A DNA stretch of 64,000 nt. It comes from Octopus sinensis (lineage: Eukaryota). Shown here in pieces: positions 25,344 through 37,150 of the stretch; position 1 is the first letter of the stretch, and each line of letters begins with the position of its first letter. The translations under genes were made by a program, and so were the position numbers. Location: contig NC_043007.1 of the NCBI RefSeq assembly GCF_006345805.1, forward strand, positions 56,110,001 through 56,174,000. Direction: 5' to 3'. Under the pieces are notes generated by a model, which was not told the origin of the DNA, ran no database searches, and worked only from the letters and a program-made list of their open reading frames with translations.

Positions 25344-26122
25344 GTAAATATAAGAGAGTTACCGTTAAGTGGTTAAGTGGTTAACTCTAGTGCTAGAAAT
25401 AGCTCCTTATTCTGGTATAGCCACCGAAGTTGTTTCCACAAAAGAAATAACATTACCTTCAACGTATGGAAAGCGAAATACAACATCAACATAATATGCA
25501 ATTATACTCACATATTTATCTATAAATCATCAGCAGCATTTGTTTTCGATACAATTTATTAGACCCACTTGGTGTTAAACTGATGGTATTATTAAATTGA
25601 TATCTAATTTTTCACCCTCATTTATGAATTTATAAATTTAATATACTGCACTAAATATTATATGCAGTACTCGTTTCCACTAAGTCTTACCATGATTTTG
25701 GCGGGGAAGCTAAATCACAAATATGTATGCAATCGATTGGACCGCATGGGTATTTATCGCCCGTGTGGGTCAAATAAATTGCATCGAAAACAAATGCTGC
25801 TGATGATTTATAGATAAATATGTGAGTATAATTGCATATTATGTTGATAAAGAAACAATTGTTCAGCATTAATTTATCTTTTCGTTGTATTTCGCTTTCC
25901 ATACGTTGAAGGTAATGTTATTTCTTTTGTGGAAACAACTTCGGTGGCTATACCAGAATAAGGAGCTATTTCTAGCGCTAGAGTTAACCACTTAACGGTA
26001 ACTCTCTTATATTTACGTATAAATTTGTATTGTCTCCCTGGTTTTTTATGTGCTAGGCCAGTTGGTGTTAAACTGATGGTATTATTAAATTAATATCTAA
26101 TTTTTCACCCTCATTTATGAAT
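25341..26122. repeat. Complex fold-back: inverted arms 25341-25568 / 25765-26019 plus a 61-bp direct repeat 25569-25629 / 26062-26122
   Basis: Arms are near-identical apart from an indel of roughly 35-40 bp; the direct repeat is ttggtgttaaactgatgg...catttatgaat. Confidence 0.92.
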
Positions 26123-26155
26123 GTGTATATATATATATATTTATTTCATAGAAGG

Positions 26156-26206
26156 AGCTTCTACAGGACTAGAACTGTTTCATTCAAAAGAAATCATCAG
26201 GAAGCT
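26156..26206 (-). ncRNA. Type I hammerhead ribozyme (mirror copy)
   Basis: Reverse complement identical to the 26581-26631 motif. Confidence 0.78.
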
Positions 26207-26580
26207 AGTAGACAAGAGTTGTTTTGGCATTTATACATTTAGGCAGGTTTAAATGGGTGGTGGTGGGGACTTTTTGGGGGGTAGGCATGGCGCAAAACTG
26301 TCATTATTAGGGGAGTGGTCAAAGGAATCGGTGGTAAAGTAGATAAAAGAATAAATAAAAAAATAAATAAAATTTAAAAAAAATATATATATATATTTTT
26401 TTAAAATTTTTTATTTTATTTATTTTTTTATTTATTCTTTTATCTACTTTACCACCGATTCCTTTGACCACTCCCCTAATAATGACAGTTTTGCGCCATG
26501 CCTACCCCCAAAAAAGTCCCCCACCACCACCCATTTAAACCTGCCTAAATGTATAAATGCCAAAACAACTCTTGTCTACT

Positions 26581-26631
26581 AGCTTCCTGATGATTTCTTT
26601 TGAATGAAACAGTTCTAGTCCTGTAGAAGCT
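26581..26631 (+). ncRNA. Type I hammerhead ribozyme
   Basis: AGCTTC CTGATGA T-TTC-TTTT-GAA-T GAAA CAG-TTCTAGTC-CTG TA GAAGCT: 6-bp stem I, canonical core, true stem III, and U.U at the stem II closing pair. Confidence 0.78.
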
Positions 26632-26712
26632 CCTTCTATAAAATAAATTAATTTACTCTGCTTTGTATTGAGTACCTTATTTACTGTGGTTAACCCGACT
26701 CAACCCGGGACC

Positions 26713-26757
<45 letters not shown>

Positions 26758-26874
26758 TATATATTATATATATCGAAGCCAACAGCAGAAATATATTTGC
26801 CTTTTTTCATACATAAGTACATATATGTGCGCGGTCAAACAAGCAGAGAGAGAGAGAGAGAGAGAGAGAAGAGA

Positions 26875-26936
<62 letters not shown>

Positions 26937-27249
26937 TGAGAGGGAGAGGTGAGAGAAAAGAAAATCAGAAAAGTTAGTTGTGTGTGTTAATATTAGGGAA
27001 ATATTTTCACTTAATATCATCCATATTTATAGGATGTAGATACATTTTGGTCGTTAGTGAAAGAAGCAGTTTCAATTGCCTCTTTCAGTACATAGTGATT
27101 TGGAGACAGACGATTAGAGAAACTTATGTGGCAATGATTCCTTGTGAGTGATTAGTATCAGCCATATACATAAGGTAATGCTAAGTCATTTTCTTTCGTC
27201 AGGTGAAGTTATTATTGTTGTTTTTGCTTCTGTTAACCTCTCCCTCCCC

Positions 27250-27485
27250 TCCTCCTCATCATCGTCCTCCACATTACCGTCGTCGACATAATCATTTTTT
27301 TCGATTATTTTTATTGTCCTCATCATAATCATGTTCATTGTCTTCGTTGTCGTCGTTATCATGATCATGATCATCATCGTCATCGTCATCATCATCACCG
27401 TCATCATCACCACCGTCATCATCATCATCATCATCATCGTCGTCGTCGTCGTCGTCGTCGTCGTCATCATCATCATCACCATCAT
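27250..27485. repeat. (ATC)n/(GTC)n compound trinucleotide repeat
   Basis: Direct sequence. Confidence 0.95.
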
Positions 27486-27739
27486 TATACATGACTTGAA
27501 ACTTCTACATGTTATAATAGTTTGTACGAATGTTACTTTAAGGTTTAGTAATGACATGTCTCTCGAAATCTCAAGAATCTTTATTTGGATTCTATAGAAT
27601 CCAGGACTGTACTTTTCTGTAGGCTGGCCTGGCAAATCTCTGTTCCAATATCATTCAACATCTGGGGTAGTTTGATTGTTGTGTCAGATGCATCAATTTA
27701 CCGACTGAATAATTGTAGTATTAATCTATCATAATCTCT

Positions 27740-28040
27740 TCATCTCTGGCTAGGTCCTGATATTCCACAATTTTCTCACTTTTTTGGTATTCACTCTATT
27801 AATTAAGCAAATGATTTTACACTATCTGTATCATCTATAATTATAACAGCCTTCTACAATAATATGGTAAGATTTTATGGGAGAATCTCATAAATTCCTG
27901 TTATAAATTTTCTCTATCACAGCCTCTGGTTTGTGTTCATACCACTTTGCTGCTACTTTGAATCTATAAACACGGTGTTCTCCCTTTCTAAACGACAAAA
28001 TATGTCATTAATTTTCCTGTAACAAAATTCTACTTTGCTT
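27740..28040 (-). pseudogene. Highly decayed R4/Dong-like endonuclease-region fragment
   Basis: Minus-strand translation contains AKWYEHKPEAVIEK, resembling the WWEHKPPPVLEN region of the copy at 40225-40587. Confidence 0.4.
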
Positions 28041-28066
28041 CTAGCAATGCGGTAAGTCTGCCTTGA

Positions 28067-28370
28067 GTAAAGGCGCGTGGTTTAGTGGTCTGCGTATTCA
28101 AATCACGATCGTAAGGTTGCATTTTGTGTCCTTGAGAAAAACGTTTTATTTCACGTTGCGCTTGTTCACTCAGCCGGCAAAATGAGTTGTATCTGTAATT
28201 CAAAGGGCCGCCTTGTCACATTCTGTGTCACATTAAATCTCCATGCGAACGACATGAACTGCATGCGTGCCTGTGGAGTACTCAGCCACTTGCACGTTAA
28301 TTGCACAAGCAGGTTATTCCATTGATCGGAACACCTGGAACCTTGTCGTCGTAACAGACGGTACGCTAGT
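28067..28370 (+). mobile_element. tRNA-derived SINE, decayed
   Basis: Head ggcgcgtggtttagtgg; body gagtactcagccacttgcacgttaat...gtcgtcgtaac is shared with the SINEs at 15625 and 56425. Confidence 0.75.
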
Positions 28371-29380
28371 TTTTAAAGTCTGTCTTGTCAACTATTATCC
28401 AAAGTTCGCTAGTCTTTTCTATTCAGTACGTAAGTCAATAGAAGAAGAGTCGACAATGGGATAAGTACATGTTCAGATCGTTAATGATCCCTCTAGGATA
28501 AACCACATAAGAGTTTATAGAATGGTGCTCGACTAGTGGAAGTGTATGTTGAGAAAAGGATCTGTCTATCGCAGTTGTATTATACTCTACCCATTTGGAT
28601 ATGGCTGACCTCTGTGACGTTTTTTAAGGCATGGGTACACCGTGCAATTGCCCGGGGTACTCACGGGCCTAGGGATCCTATTTTAATCAATAACTAAATG
28701 TTGTAGGACTCAGTGCATTGATTTCCTCGGGGGTCTCACTGGTTTAGGGACTCAATTCTGATCTATGTAATTTGTTGTCAGTAAATTAAAAAACAACTAT
28801 AGAGCCCAGTGCAACGACTTGCTCGGGGGACTATAGAGCCGCTGAGATGACCCAGACTGACCGAAAGCTACACAACAACAATACTCTTAGCTTAACTACC
28901 GTTATCATCACTCCCATTACCGCTTCTAAAACTACCTCCACAATTGCTTCAGCCATTACAAAATTTCCCAACCACTACTGTTAACACTACCACATCTGTT
29001 AACTCTAACACGATCACTATTACTATTACTACAACCATAACTTTTACTATAAACTTCACAACTACTACTAAAAACAACCTCCTCCACTGACCCATACGTT
29101 GTCATCAGAGAAACCAAAAGCATGGCTCCGACAGTACCAACCATACAATCAGACCAGACAACTCCGAAGCCAGCGAAGGATCTTCTATGCGGTCTGTCGA
29201 CTTGCGAGATATAGCAGGCAAATTCCTTAAAATAACATCCTATCATTTTATAAATTGAATGACCCATTACATAATTTATTCTTTTATATAATAAAAGTCG
29301 GAATGGTCATAGTTGGAGTAACTTTAATCGGCTGACATGGAGATAAACAACAACAGCAACTACTACTACTACTACTACTA

Positions 29381-29421
<41 letters not shown>

Positions 29422-29862
29422 CCTTGTAACATATATTATCTCTATCTCATTTCTCAATATTTAAATTTTTATCAGTTGCCAACACGTCAATAGCAACTAA
29501 CACTAGCTTCAACCACCAATACTACCACAATGCTTTCCCCACACTAAAATAACTCCCCCAGTGGCACCATTAATTCCAACACAATTAATCCCCACCACCA
29601 ACACTACAATCACATCATCACTATCACCTCTACCACAACCACTACTAACATCACTATCTCCACCACTTCCACCACCACTACCATCAGCACCACCGTCACT
29701 GCTACCGTCACTAGTACCATCATCACCAACACCTCCACCGGCAGCATCAACAATAAATAACATAGCTTTTGGTTTCTGCATGCGCATCGCTCTGTCTCCC
29801 GTGTGGATTGACGTCACAGCAAACGTCACAAATTTCAATGTCATCAGTTGCTAGAGTCACTA

Positions 29863-29894
<32 letters not shown>

Positions 29895-30067
29895 TCTGCT
29901 ATTGGTGACAATAATATCAATAGCAGACAATGATGTATTATATTTGAATTTCAGCATCATAAACATAAATACTAGCCTTTAACCACCACCAGCACTACAG
30001 TGCATCCTCTCCTTTAATACACCAATCGACAGCTATTACTCGTTAACTACTAATATTGCTGCCATTA

Positions 30068-30290
30068 TAAAGGCAGCGAGCTGGCAGAATCATTAGCACG
30101 CTGAGTGAAATGCTTATCGCTATTTCGTCTGTCGTTACGTTCTGAGTTCAAAATCCGCCGAGGTCGACTTTGTCATTCATCCCCCTGGGGTCGATTAAAA
30201 TAAGTACCAGTTGATTACTAGGGTCAAAGTAATGGACTTGCTCCCTTTTCCCGAAATTGCTGGCCTTATGTCAAAATTTGAAACCAATGT
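30068..30290 (+). mobile_element. tRNA-derived SINE (family B)
   Basis: ggcagcgagctggcagaatcattagcacg...gttctgagttcaaaatccgccgaggtcgacttt; homologues at 49830, 63060 and 63370. Confidence 0.85.
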
Positions 30291-30480
30291 TACTGCCAGT
30301 ATGACGACTATTGCCAGCACCATCATTATTATTATTATAGGGATTGTTCATGTGCGTAGAAAAACAAAAAAGAAAGAAATATACAGCGAGAAACTTGGGG
30401 TGGCAACAATGTGAATAACCGGTTTCGAGTGAATAAACAAACTCGAGTACCATATGGTAAATACTCTTATTACATATAGA

Positions 30481-30870
30481 CACAGGCATGGATGTGTGGT
30501 GAGAAGTTTCCTTCCCAACCACATGGCTCTGGGTTCAGTCCAACTGTGTAGCACCTTGGGCAAGTGTCTTCTGCTATAACCTCGGGCCGATCAAAGCTTT
30601 GTGAGTAAATTTCGTAAGCGGAAACTAAAAGAAGCTCGTCGTGTATATATATATATCTTTATGTGTGTATGTGTGTGTGTCCCCACCCACCGCTTGACAA
30701 GTGTTGGTGTTTATATCCCCATAATATTAGTGGTTCAGTAAAAAGAGGCCGATAGAATAAGTACCAGGCTTAAATAAAATTAAGTTCTAGGGTCGATTGA
30801 TTCGACTAAATTCTTCAAGGTGGTGCCCCAGCATGGCCGCAGTCTGATGACTGAAACAATGAAAAGATGA
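30481..30870 (+). mobile_element. tRNA-derived SINE (family A)
   Basis: Colinear with 5436/7521-7900. Confidence 0.85.
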
Positions 30871-31146
30871 AAAATTCTTTCATTTGTTTGCATATTTCAG
30901 CATATGTATATTCACATTCATCTGCGTTTATATATTTGCACTGCGGCCTTGCTGGAGCACTGCCTTGAAGATTTTATTCGCGCAAATCTACTCCAGAACT
31001 CTTTCTTTTTAAGACTGGTACTTATGCTTATAGGTCCGTTATCAAACCTACACCGGTTATCAAACGGTTTCAAACAAAAAAAAACACATGCATACACGCA
31101 CATATACACAAATGCGCACGAGCACACAGACTCAGGGCACTCAGGC

Positions 31147-31232
<86 letters not shown>

Positions 31233-31397
31233 TATATGGGTGTGTGTGATTGTGTATAGAAGAATATATTAATAAAAGGAATTCCAACCTTGTCTGATTT
31301 TCACCTTTTATTTACAATCTTATAATGATATATTATAAGATAATATATTATAATAGAATAAAATAAAATAGTAGAATGTTAAATGTTCATTCTGATT

Positions 31398-31440
31398 GAA
31401 CTAGTACTTTCATGCATTAAATTCTGCAATCTTCGGGTTC
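31398..31440 (-). ncRNA. Minimal hammerhead motif in the Penelope-like 3' terminal repeat (CCGAAGA core)
   Basis: GAAC CCGAAGA T-TGCA-GAATTTAA-TGCA-T GAAA GTAC TA GTTC; palindromic GTAC stem III; position 4 is C instead of U. Confidence 0.65.
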
Positions 31441-31938
31441 ATGTAGTAGTGGTGACAGTCATGCTTCACAATTTTTGACTGTAGCAAGATGATTGATTCT
31501 GTGCTATAAATACAGCTGGGTAGGCTCCAGAGTGCTAGGTTTTGCAAACTGTATTCTGACCAATCAGTGTGTAGTATCACTCAATTACTTAAGCTGATTG
31601 GTTGGTTGAGCTGATTGGTTTAGGCGTCACGCTTTGTTGGACATGTCAAGAGTCCTGTATCTTGACCCTGGCCGAAGCAGCAATTGTTGGGTTATTTTTA
31701 GAAATGTTGTAAGTAGCCTTTGTCAGAGATTTTTATATTTTTATATTTCAATTGTGATCATCATCATTGTCAGCACCTTAATTATTGTTGCTAGTGGTGA
31801 TGGTGGTGGCAATAGAACTTTTAACCCTAAATAAGATAATTTTCCTGCTATCTTCGTCTTGATCACCTTCAGTATTGTTGTTGTTGTTAGTGGTCATGGT
31901 CGTAGCAGTAGAAGTAGTACCTCTAAGTATTATTATTA

Positions 31939-33288
31939 TTATTGCTTATTTAGCTTGGGTTCGAATTTATCAATAAAATTCTTTTCTCTGATTTTCCTCT
32001 CGATTTCACTTGGGCTGTGTAATTTGTAGAACGGAAATATTATATACATTTTCCGGCCACATGTTGCTAGGTGGTTACTCAAAGGTATCTGACGGACCTC
32101 TGGGTCTCTAATCTGTTGCCGGTGTACACGTGAGCGTTCTGATAGTGCGTTTCCCGTCTGACCTACATATATTTCTTCACAATTTGGGCATTTGATGCAG
32201 TAAATTAAATTTCTGCTTTTGCAGTTCATATTCGCGTTTGTGAATATTTTCCCGGTTTTTGTGTTTATATATTGGCCGGTATGTATGAATTGGCATGTGC
32301 CACATCGGCTATCATTGCATTTAGATACAGTGAAGTTTTTGGTCTTTGTTGCTAAGGTCAAATTTTGCCTTTGTTAGTAATTTTTTCAAGTTTTTAGGCT
32401 GTCTTTTACTAAGCACCATAGCTCGATCCGTGATTATGTCTTTTAATTCATTACTTTGGGCAATGATTGGTAGGTTTGCTTTGGCAATGTTGAAGATATT
32501 CTGGTGACATGGGTTGTGTGTCACTATGAATGGTATGACTTGTTCTTGTTTTCCTCTTCCTTGGGTTGTCCTAAGTTGTTGTATGGGTATTTTTATAGCC
32601 CGCTGTATGCCATTTTCTATAAGTAGAGATGGGTATTTTTGTTTGAGCAAAAATTCTCTTAGTTCTATTAGGCGTTTGTTCCTGATATTTGCATCTTCTA
32701 CAATGGTACAAATTCTTCTGGCTAGGCAGTATGGGATGTTACGTTTTGTATGTGGTAGATGGCATGACTTAAAATTTAGGTATTGATGTGTGTCTGTGTG
32801 TTTATAGTATATATCTGTGGTGATGGTGGTGTCTTTTTTAATTACCATTATATCTAGGAATGGTAATTTGGTACTACTCATCTCCTTTGTAAATTGGAGA
32901 GATGGGTGTAGGTTGTTCAGGAGGATATTGAACTCTTCCAGAGTATTTAGAGATTCTGTCCAGATTATGAAGCAGTCGTCAAGGTATCTCTTCCATGCCT
33001 TTTCAATATACTTTCTAAATCCAGGGCCATAGTTTACCTCCACCTCTCGGTAGAGTTGTTGTTCTAAGTATCCCATTACAGAGTTGGCGTAAACGGGAGC
33101 AAACCTCGTTCCCATCGCCGTGCCTCTAATTTGGATGTAATTCTTTCCATTGAAGAAGAATGTGTTGTTTTCTAGAATAAGCTTGACTGTGTCTAATATA
33201 AATGGCACTGGGAATCTGCTGGGAATCACTTCTCTATGTTTTTCTAACCAGTATTTAATCGCCTTTATTCCTAAGATGGAATACCAGT
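31939..33288 (-). pseudogene. Penelope RT + GIY-YIG endonuclease ORF, one frameshift near 32340
   Basis: Track ORFs 32321..33229 (RT) and 31939..32361 (GIY-YIG) overlap in different frames. Confidence 0.9.
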
Positions 33289-33289
33289 A

Positions 33290-34540
33290 TCCGCTTTCAA
33301 GGATCTACGTTCACTGCAAGATGAAAGTGATGATATATGGGAAGTAGATGTAAATCGTGAACATTGTAGACTTTAGAGAAACATCAACCAAAGAACGTGA
33401 AGACTTCAACCAGGCAGAACTTAATGATTTATTTAGAGATATAGGACTGCCTAAAAAGCTATCAGAACTGTTAGCTTCTAGGCTTAAAGAGAAGAATTTG
33501 TTGCAGAAAGAAACAAACTTGACTATTTATCAGAATAAGGAAAAAGATCTCTTGGCATTCTTTACAATTGGAAAAAATTTTGTTTACTATTGTGACGTGG
33601 CGGGACTGTTAAACGTGATGGGTGTTGAACAGTATGATTCTAGTGGAATGGAGACTATTTACAGATAGTTCAAAGAAGAGTCTAAAATGTGTATTGCTCT
33701 ATAATGGAAACTTGTTTGGTGCACTTACTATTGGTCATTGTGGTCATTGTTAAAAGAGAATTATGATTACACGAAAGCTGTATTAGATTTACTTAAGTAT
33801 GATGAACACAAATAGGTCATATGTGTGGATCTAAAAATGGTCTACTTTTTACTTGGCCAAATACCCGTGTTTCCTGTGTTTATGGGATAGCCAAGCGAGA
33901 GACAAACATTAGGAATAGAAACTCTGGCTTATTAGGAAAAGTTTGACTGTTGGAGAGAAGAATATCATACACCAACAACTTGTTGAACAAGAGAAAATCA
34001 CCTCTCCCCTTCATATTAAACTACGGCTAATGAAATAATTTGTCAAAGCTTTTAATGCGGAGGGTAACTGTTTCAAATTCCTGTGTACAACATTTCCTGG
34101 CCTAAGTTATGATAAATAGCGACTGGTATTTTTGATAAACCACAAATCAGAAAGTTAAGGAAATGCCAGAATTTCTCAAGCTTGACGACTAATATAGAAA
34201 CAAAAAGTATGGGATTCATTTGGGGCTGTTGTAAAAGGATTTTGGGGGAGTGAAAGGGCATCAAACTAGAGGGATTTGGTGGAGACATTACTTGCTAGCT
34301 TTCATCTTTTAGGCTGCAACATGAGCATAAAGCTTCATTTCCCCAATAGCCATCTCAATGAATTTTCTGCTAATCTCGGAGACGTGAGCGATGAACATGG
34401 TGAGCATTTTCATCAAACAATAAAAATTATAGAGGGGATATATTAAGGCCGATGGAACACACACTACTGTTGGTGTATTCAAAGAGACTGTGTAGACATG
34501 AAATACTCCACATACCCTCGCAAGCGGAAATTTTTGTTCT
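33290..34540 (+). pseudogene. Decayed DDE transposase, Chapaev3-like (CMC superfamily)
   Basis: FNQAELNDL...SELLASRLKEKNLL; (W)RLFTDSSKKSLKCVLL; ICVDLKMV; PCFLCLWDS; PLHIKLRLMK; CNMSIKLHF...LGDVSDEHGEHFHQ; YCWCIQRD. The family assignment is from motif recall. Confidence 0.7.
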
Positions 34541-35287
34541 ATGAATATGATGGTGCATGTACGAGGATTTGTGTTTTATCAATCTTTTGATTTACACGAA
34601 AGTGAAAATTCACTTCTTTTCTGAAAATACAACTCCTTTGAGAAAACCTATAATTCCTTAAAACATGGGTCATTTGGGATTTTTTTCGCCACACAATCCC
34701 CTTGACATCTTCAATGACAAATATAGAAAGAGGATGGAAGGTATTCATTTCATCGGAATGTCGGGAATTTTTTGATTATAGGTTGTTTTTTCATCAAAAT
34801 TCTATCCCTTTCTTTAAGGTTATATTTTTCAAAGGCATTATTTCAATATCTTAACATATTTCACTAAAATCGCAGAATGTTATTATTTGTAACTAGTCTC
34901 ATTCCCCTTGAAAATTCAAGGATTCATTATCTATATCTCCCTGTGGTCGGTAACATCCATTCAACATGTATTACAACTGTTTGAAATAGTGCCAATAACA
35001 TGCGAATAATAGCATTTCTATATGTAGAGTTTTGTGCTCTTATGAAAAAAATGTTGTTTTCGCAATTGCTGATGAAAGTTTATTTAAGCGACAAATCGAT
35101 AAAGGGACGGATAGATTGCTTTGTAGTTTTTACGTACATTTCTTTACATTTGAAATTCAAATCTCAGAGGAGATAATTTTCACTTTCATCATTCTTCAAC
35201 CGTTAAAATATGATAAAATATGTATCAATCACGATATTTGATGTCCTGTGTAAAAACTTTGAATTATCATTGGTTTGAGAAATATTC

Positions 35288-35368
<81 letters not shown>

Positions 35369-35614
35369 GACCAATATTACGTTTATATATGTATGTATAC
35401 ACACGCACACACAAGTATGTATATGTGAGTATATACATATGTATATGGACATGTAATGTCCATATAAAGGGTGTTCTGACTAAATTTGACGACTTTTATG
35501 GCTCCTTTTTCCAGGAACAGCTTGATGTATTGGTGAATAAAATAATGCCTTCCACACATACACACACACATACACACATATATACATACATACATACATA
35601 CATACATACATACA

Positions 35615-35650
<36 letters not shown>

Positions 35651-35859
35651 TATACATACATACATACATATATACATACATACATATACATATACACATA
35701 CATATATACATACATACATACACATATATATATCAGCTCTGCTTCCTCCTGTATGGAAAGGATATATAATACATTATTTTGACAGTTTGGGAGTTTATTT
35801 TATGCAAAGGAATTCTGGAAACTTGCATGTTTTTAGGAAAACAACCCGAAATCCATCCG

Positions 35860-36437
35860 GGCCCGTTGTTGAGATTGGGCTCGTCTCATCTATGGCCGAT
35901 ATTACACCTTCCTTTATTATGTAGATGTATTCAATGATTGCCTCTTATGCATATCTGCGCTGTTGAAAATCTCTTCAGGCTTGCTTATTTGCATGTTTCC
36001 CAGTGAAGAGGTGAAGACATTCTGGAACTGTTTACTTATCACTCCATTTGGCATCATGGGCTCTGTAGTTAGTGAGCCGTCTTCTTCAAACAGTGGTCCT
36101 CTCATGTAGCGCACATAAGTAGAATCTTTTGCAATCTTCATTTTTCATATTTTCCACCACCTTGGTTTTTCCTTCTATGCTTTCCTTTTCATGGGGAAAA
36201 TCTGAGCTTATTTTCGATCTCTCGAAATGTCTCTATCAGGAGGGATTTTTGGCTGTCATTAAGTTGTCTATTTAAGCGATTGGAGATCTTTATTCTTCGT
36301 CTCAGAAGGACTTTCCTGTCTCGAGGAATCACGTTTTTTGCATGTAGTCGCTTTCTTCTCTGGGACAATTATAATGAATTTGAAAATTTAATATGTATAT
36401 TATTGACACGAATTCCTTAAGTTTCATTTCAATGTCT
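35860..36437 (-). pseudogene. CR1/L2-type LINE ORF2 fragment
   Basis: VIPRDRKVLLRRR...; GPLFEEDGSLTTEP...KQFQNVFT resembles the linker between EN and RT in CR1-type ORF2. Confidence 0.55.
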
Positions 36438-36690
36438 TGCATATAGAGTTTGAAGCCAATCTTGCTCAATAGTCCGCTTTTCAGTTGACTTCCAGTCAGC
36501 CTTAAGGCAGTTCAGACATTGAAATGAAACTTAAGGAATTCGTGTCGATAATATACATATCAAATTTTCATATTCATTAAATTAGTCCCAGAGAAGAAAG
36601 CGACTACATGCAAAAAACGTGATTCCCCGAGACAAGAAAGTCCTTCTGAGACGAAAAATAAAGATCACCAATCGCTTAAAAAGACAACTT
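36261..36690. repeat. Inverted duplication: arms 36261-36437 / 36514-36690, 76-bp spacer
   Basis: aagttgtctatttaagcgattgg...aatgtct mirrors agacatt...ccaatcgcttaaaaagacaactt at roughly 90% identity by eye. Confidence 0.92.
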
Positions 36691-36918
36691 TTATTACTTG
36701 TTTCAGCATTTGACTGCGGCCATGCTGGAGCACCACTTTTAGTTGAGCAAATCCACCTCAGAACTTATTCTTTGTAAGCCTAGTACTTATTCTATCGGCC
36801 TTTTTTGCCCAAGCGCTAAGTTACGGGGACGTAAACACACCAGCATCAGTTATCAAGCGATATTGGGGGGAGGGGACAAACACTGACACACAAACATATT
36901 CACACAAACACACACACA

Positions 36919-36999
<81 letters not shown>

Positions 37000-37150
37000 T
37001 ACGACAGGCTTCTCTCAGTTTCCGTATACCAAATCCACTCACAAGGCTTTGATCGAAGACACTAAATCAAGTTGTCACATAGTGGGACTGAACCCGGAAC
37101 CATGTGGTTGGTAAGCAAACTAATTACCACACAGCCACTCCTGTGCCTAT
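36691..37150 (-). mobile_element. tRNA-derived SINE (family A)
   Basis: Reverse complement of the family A copy; head cacacagccactcctgtgcc at about 37130-37150. Confidence 0.88.

Larger units (their letters stand above)
26141..26646. repeat. 506-bp near-perfect palindrome centred on an A/TA/T tract, carrying a divergent HHR pair
   Basis: ttatttcatagaaggagcttctacagg... mirrors ...cctgtagaagctccttctataaaataa, with very few mismatches. Confidence 0.96.
31270..33288 (-). mobile_element. 5'-truncated Penelope-like element (Neptune-type, Cys motif before GIY-YIG)
   Basis: RT QIRGTAMGTRFAP, RYLDD, FLDI, YLNFKSCH; KCNDSRCGTC, LIYCIKC...YVGQT...HRQQI; 3' region with an HHR and AATAAA. Boundaries are approximate. 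Confidence 0.9.

Noticed and set aside
30410-30480. GAG...CTC GAAA CCGG on the minus strand as an HHR
   Set aside because: The CUGANGA half of the core and stem I are not identifiable.
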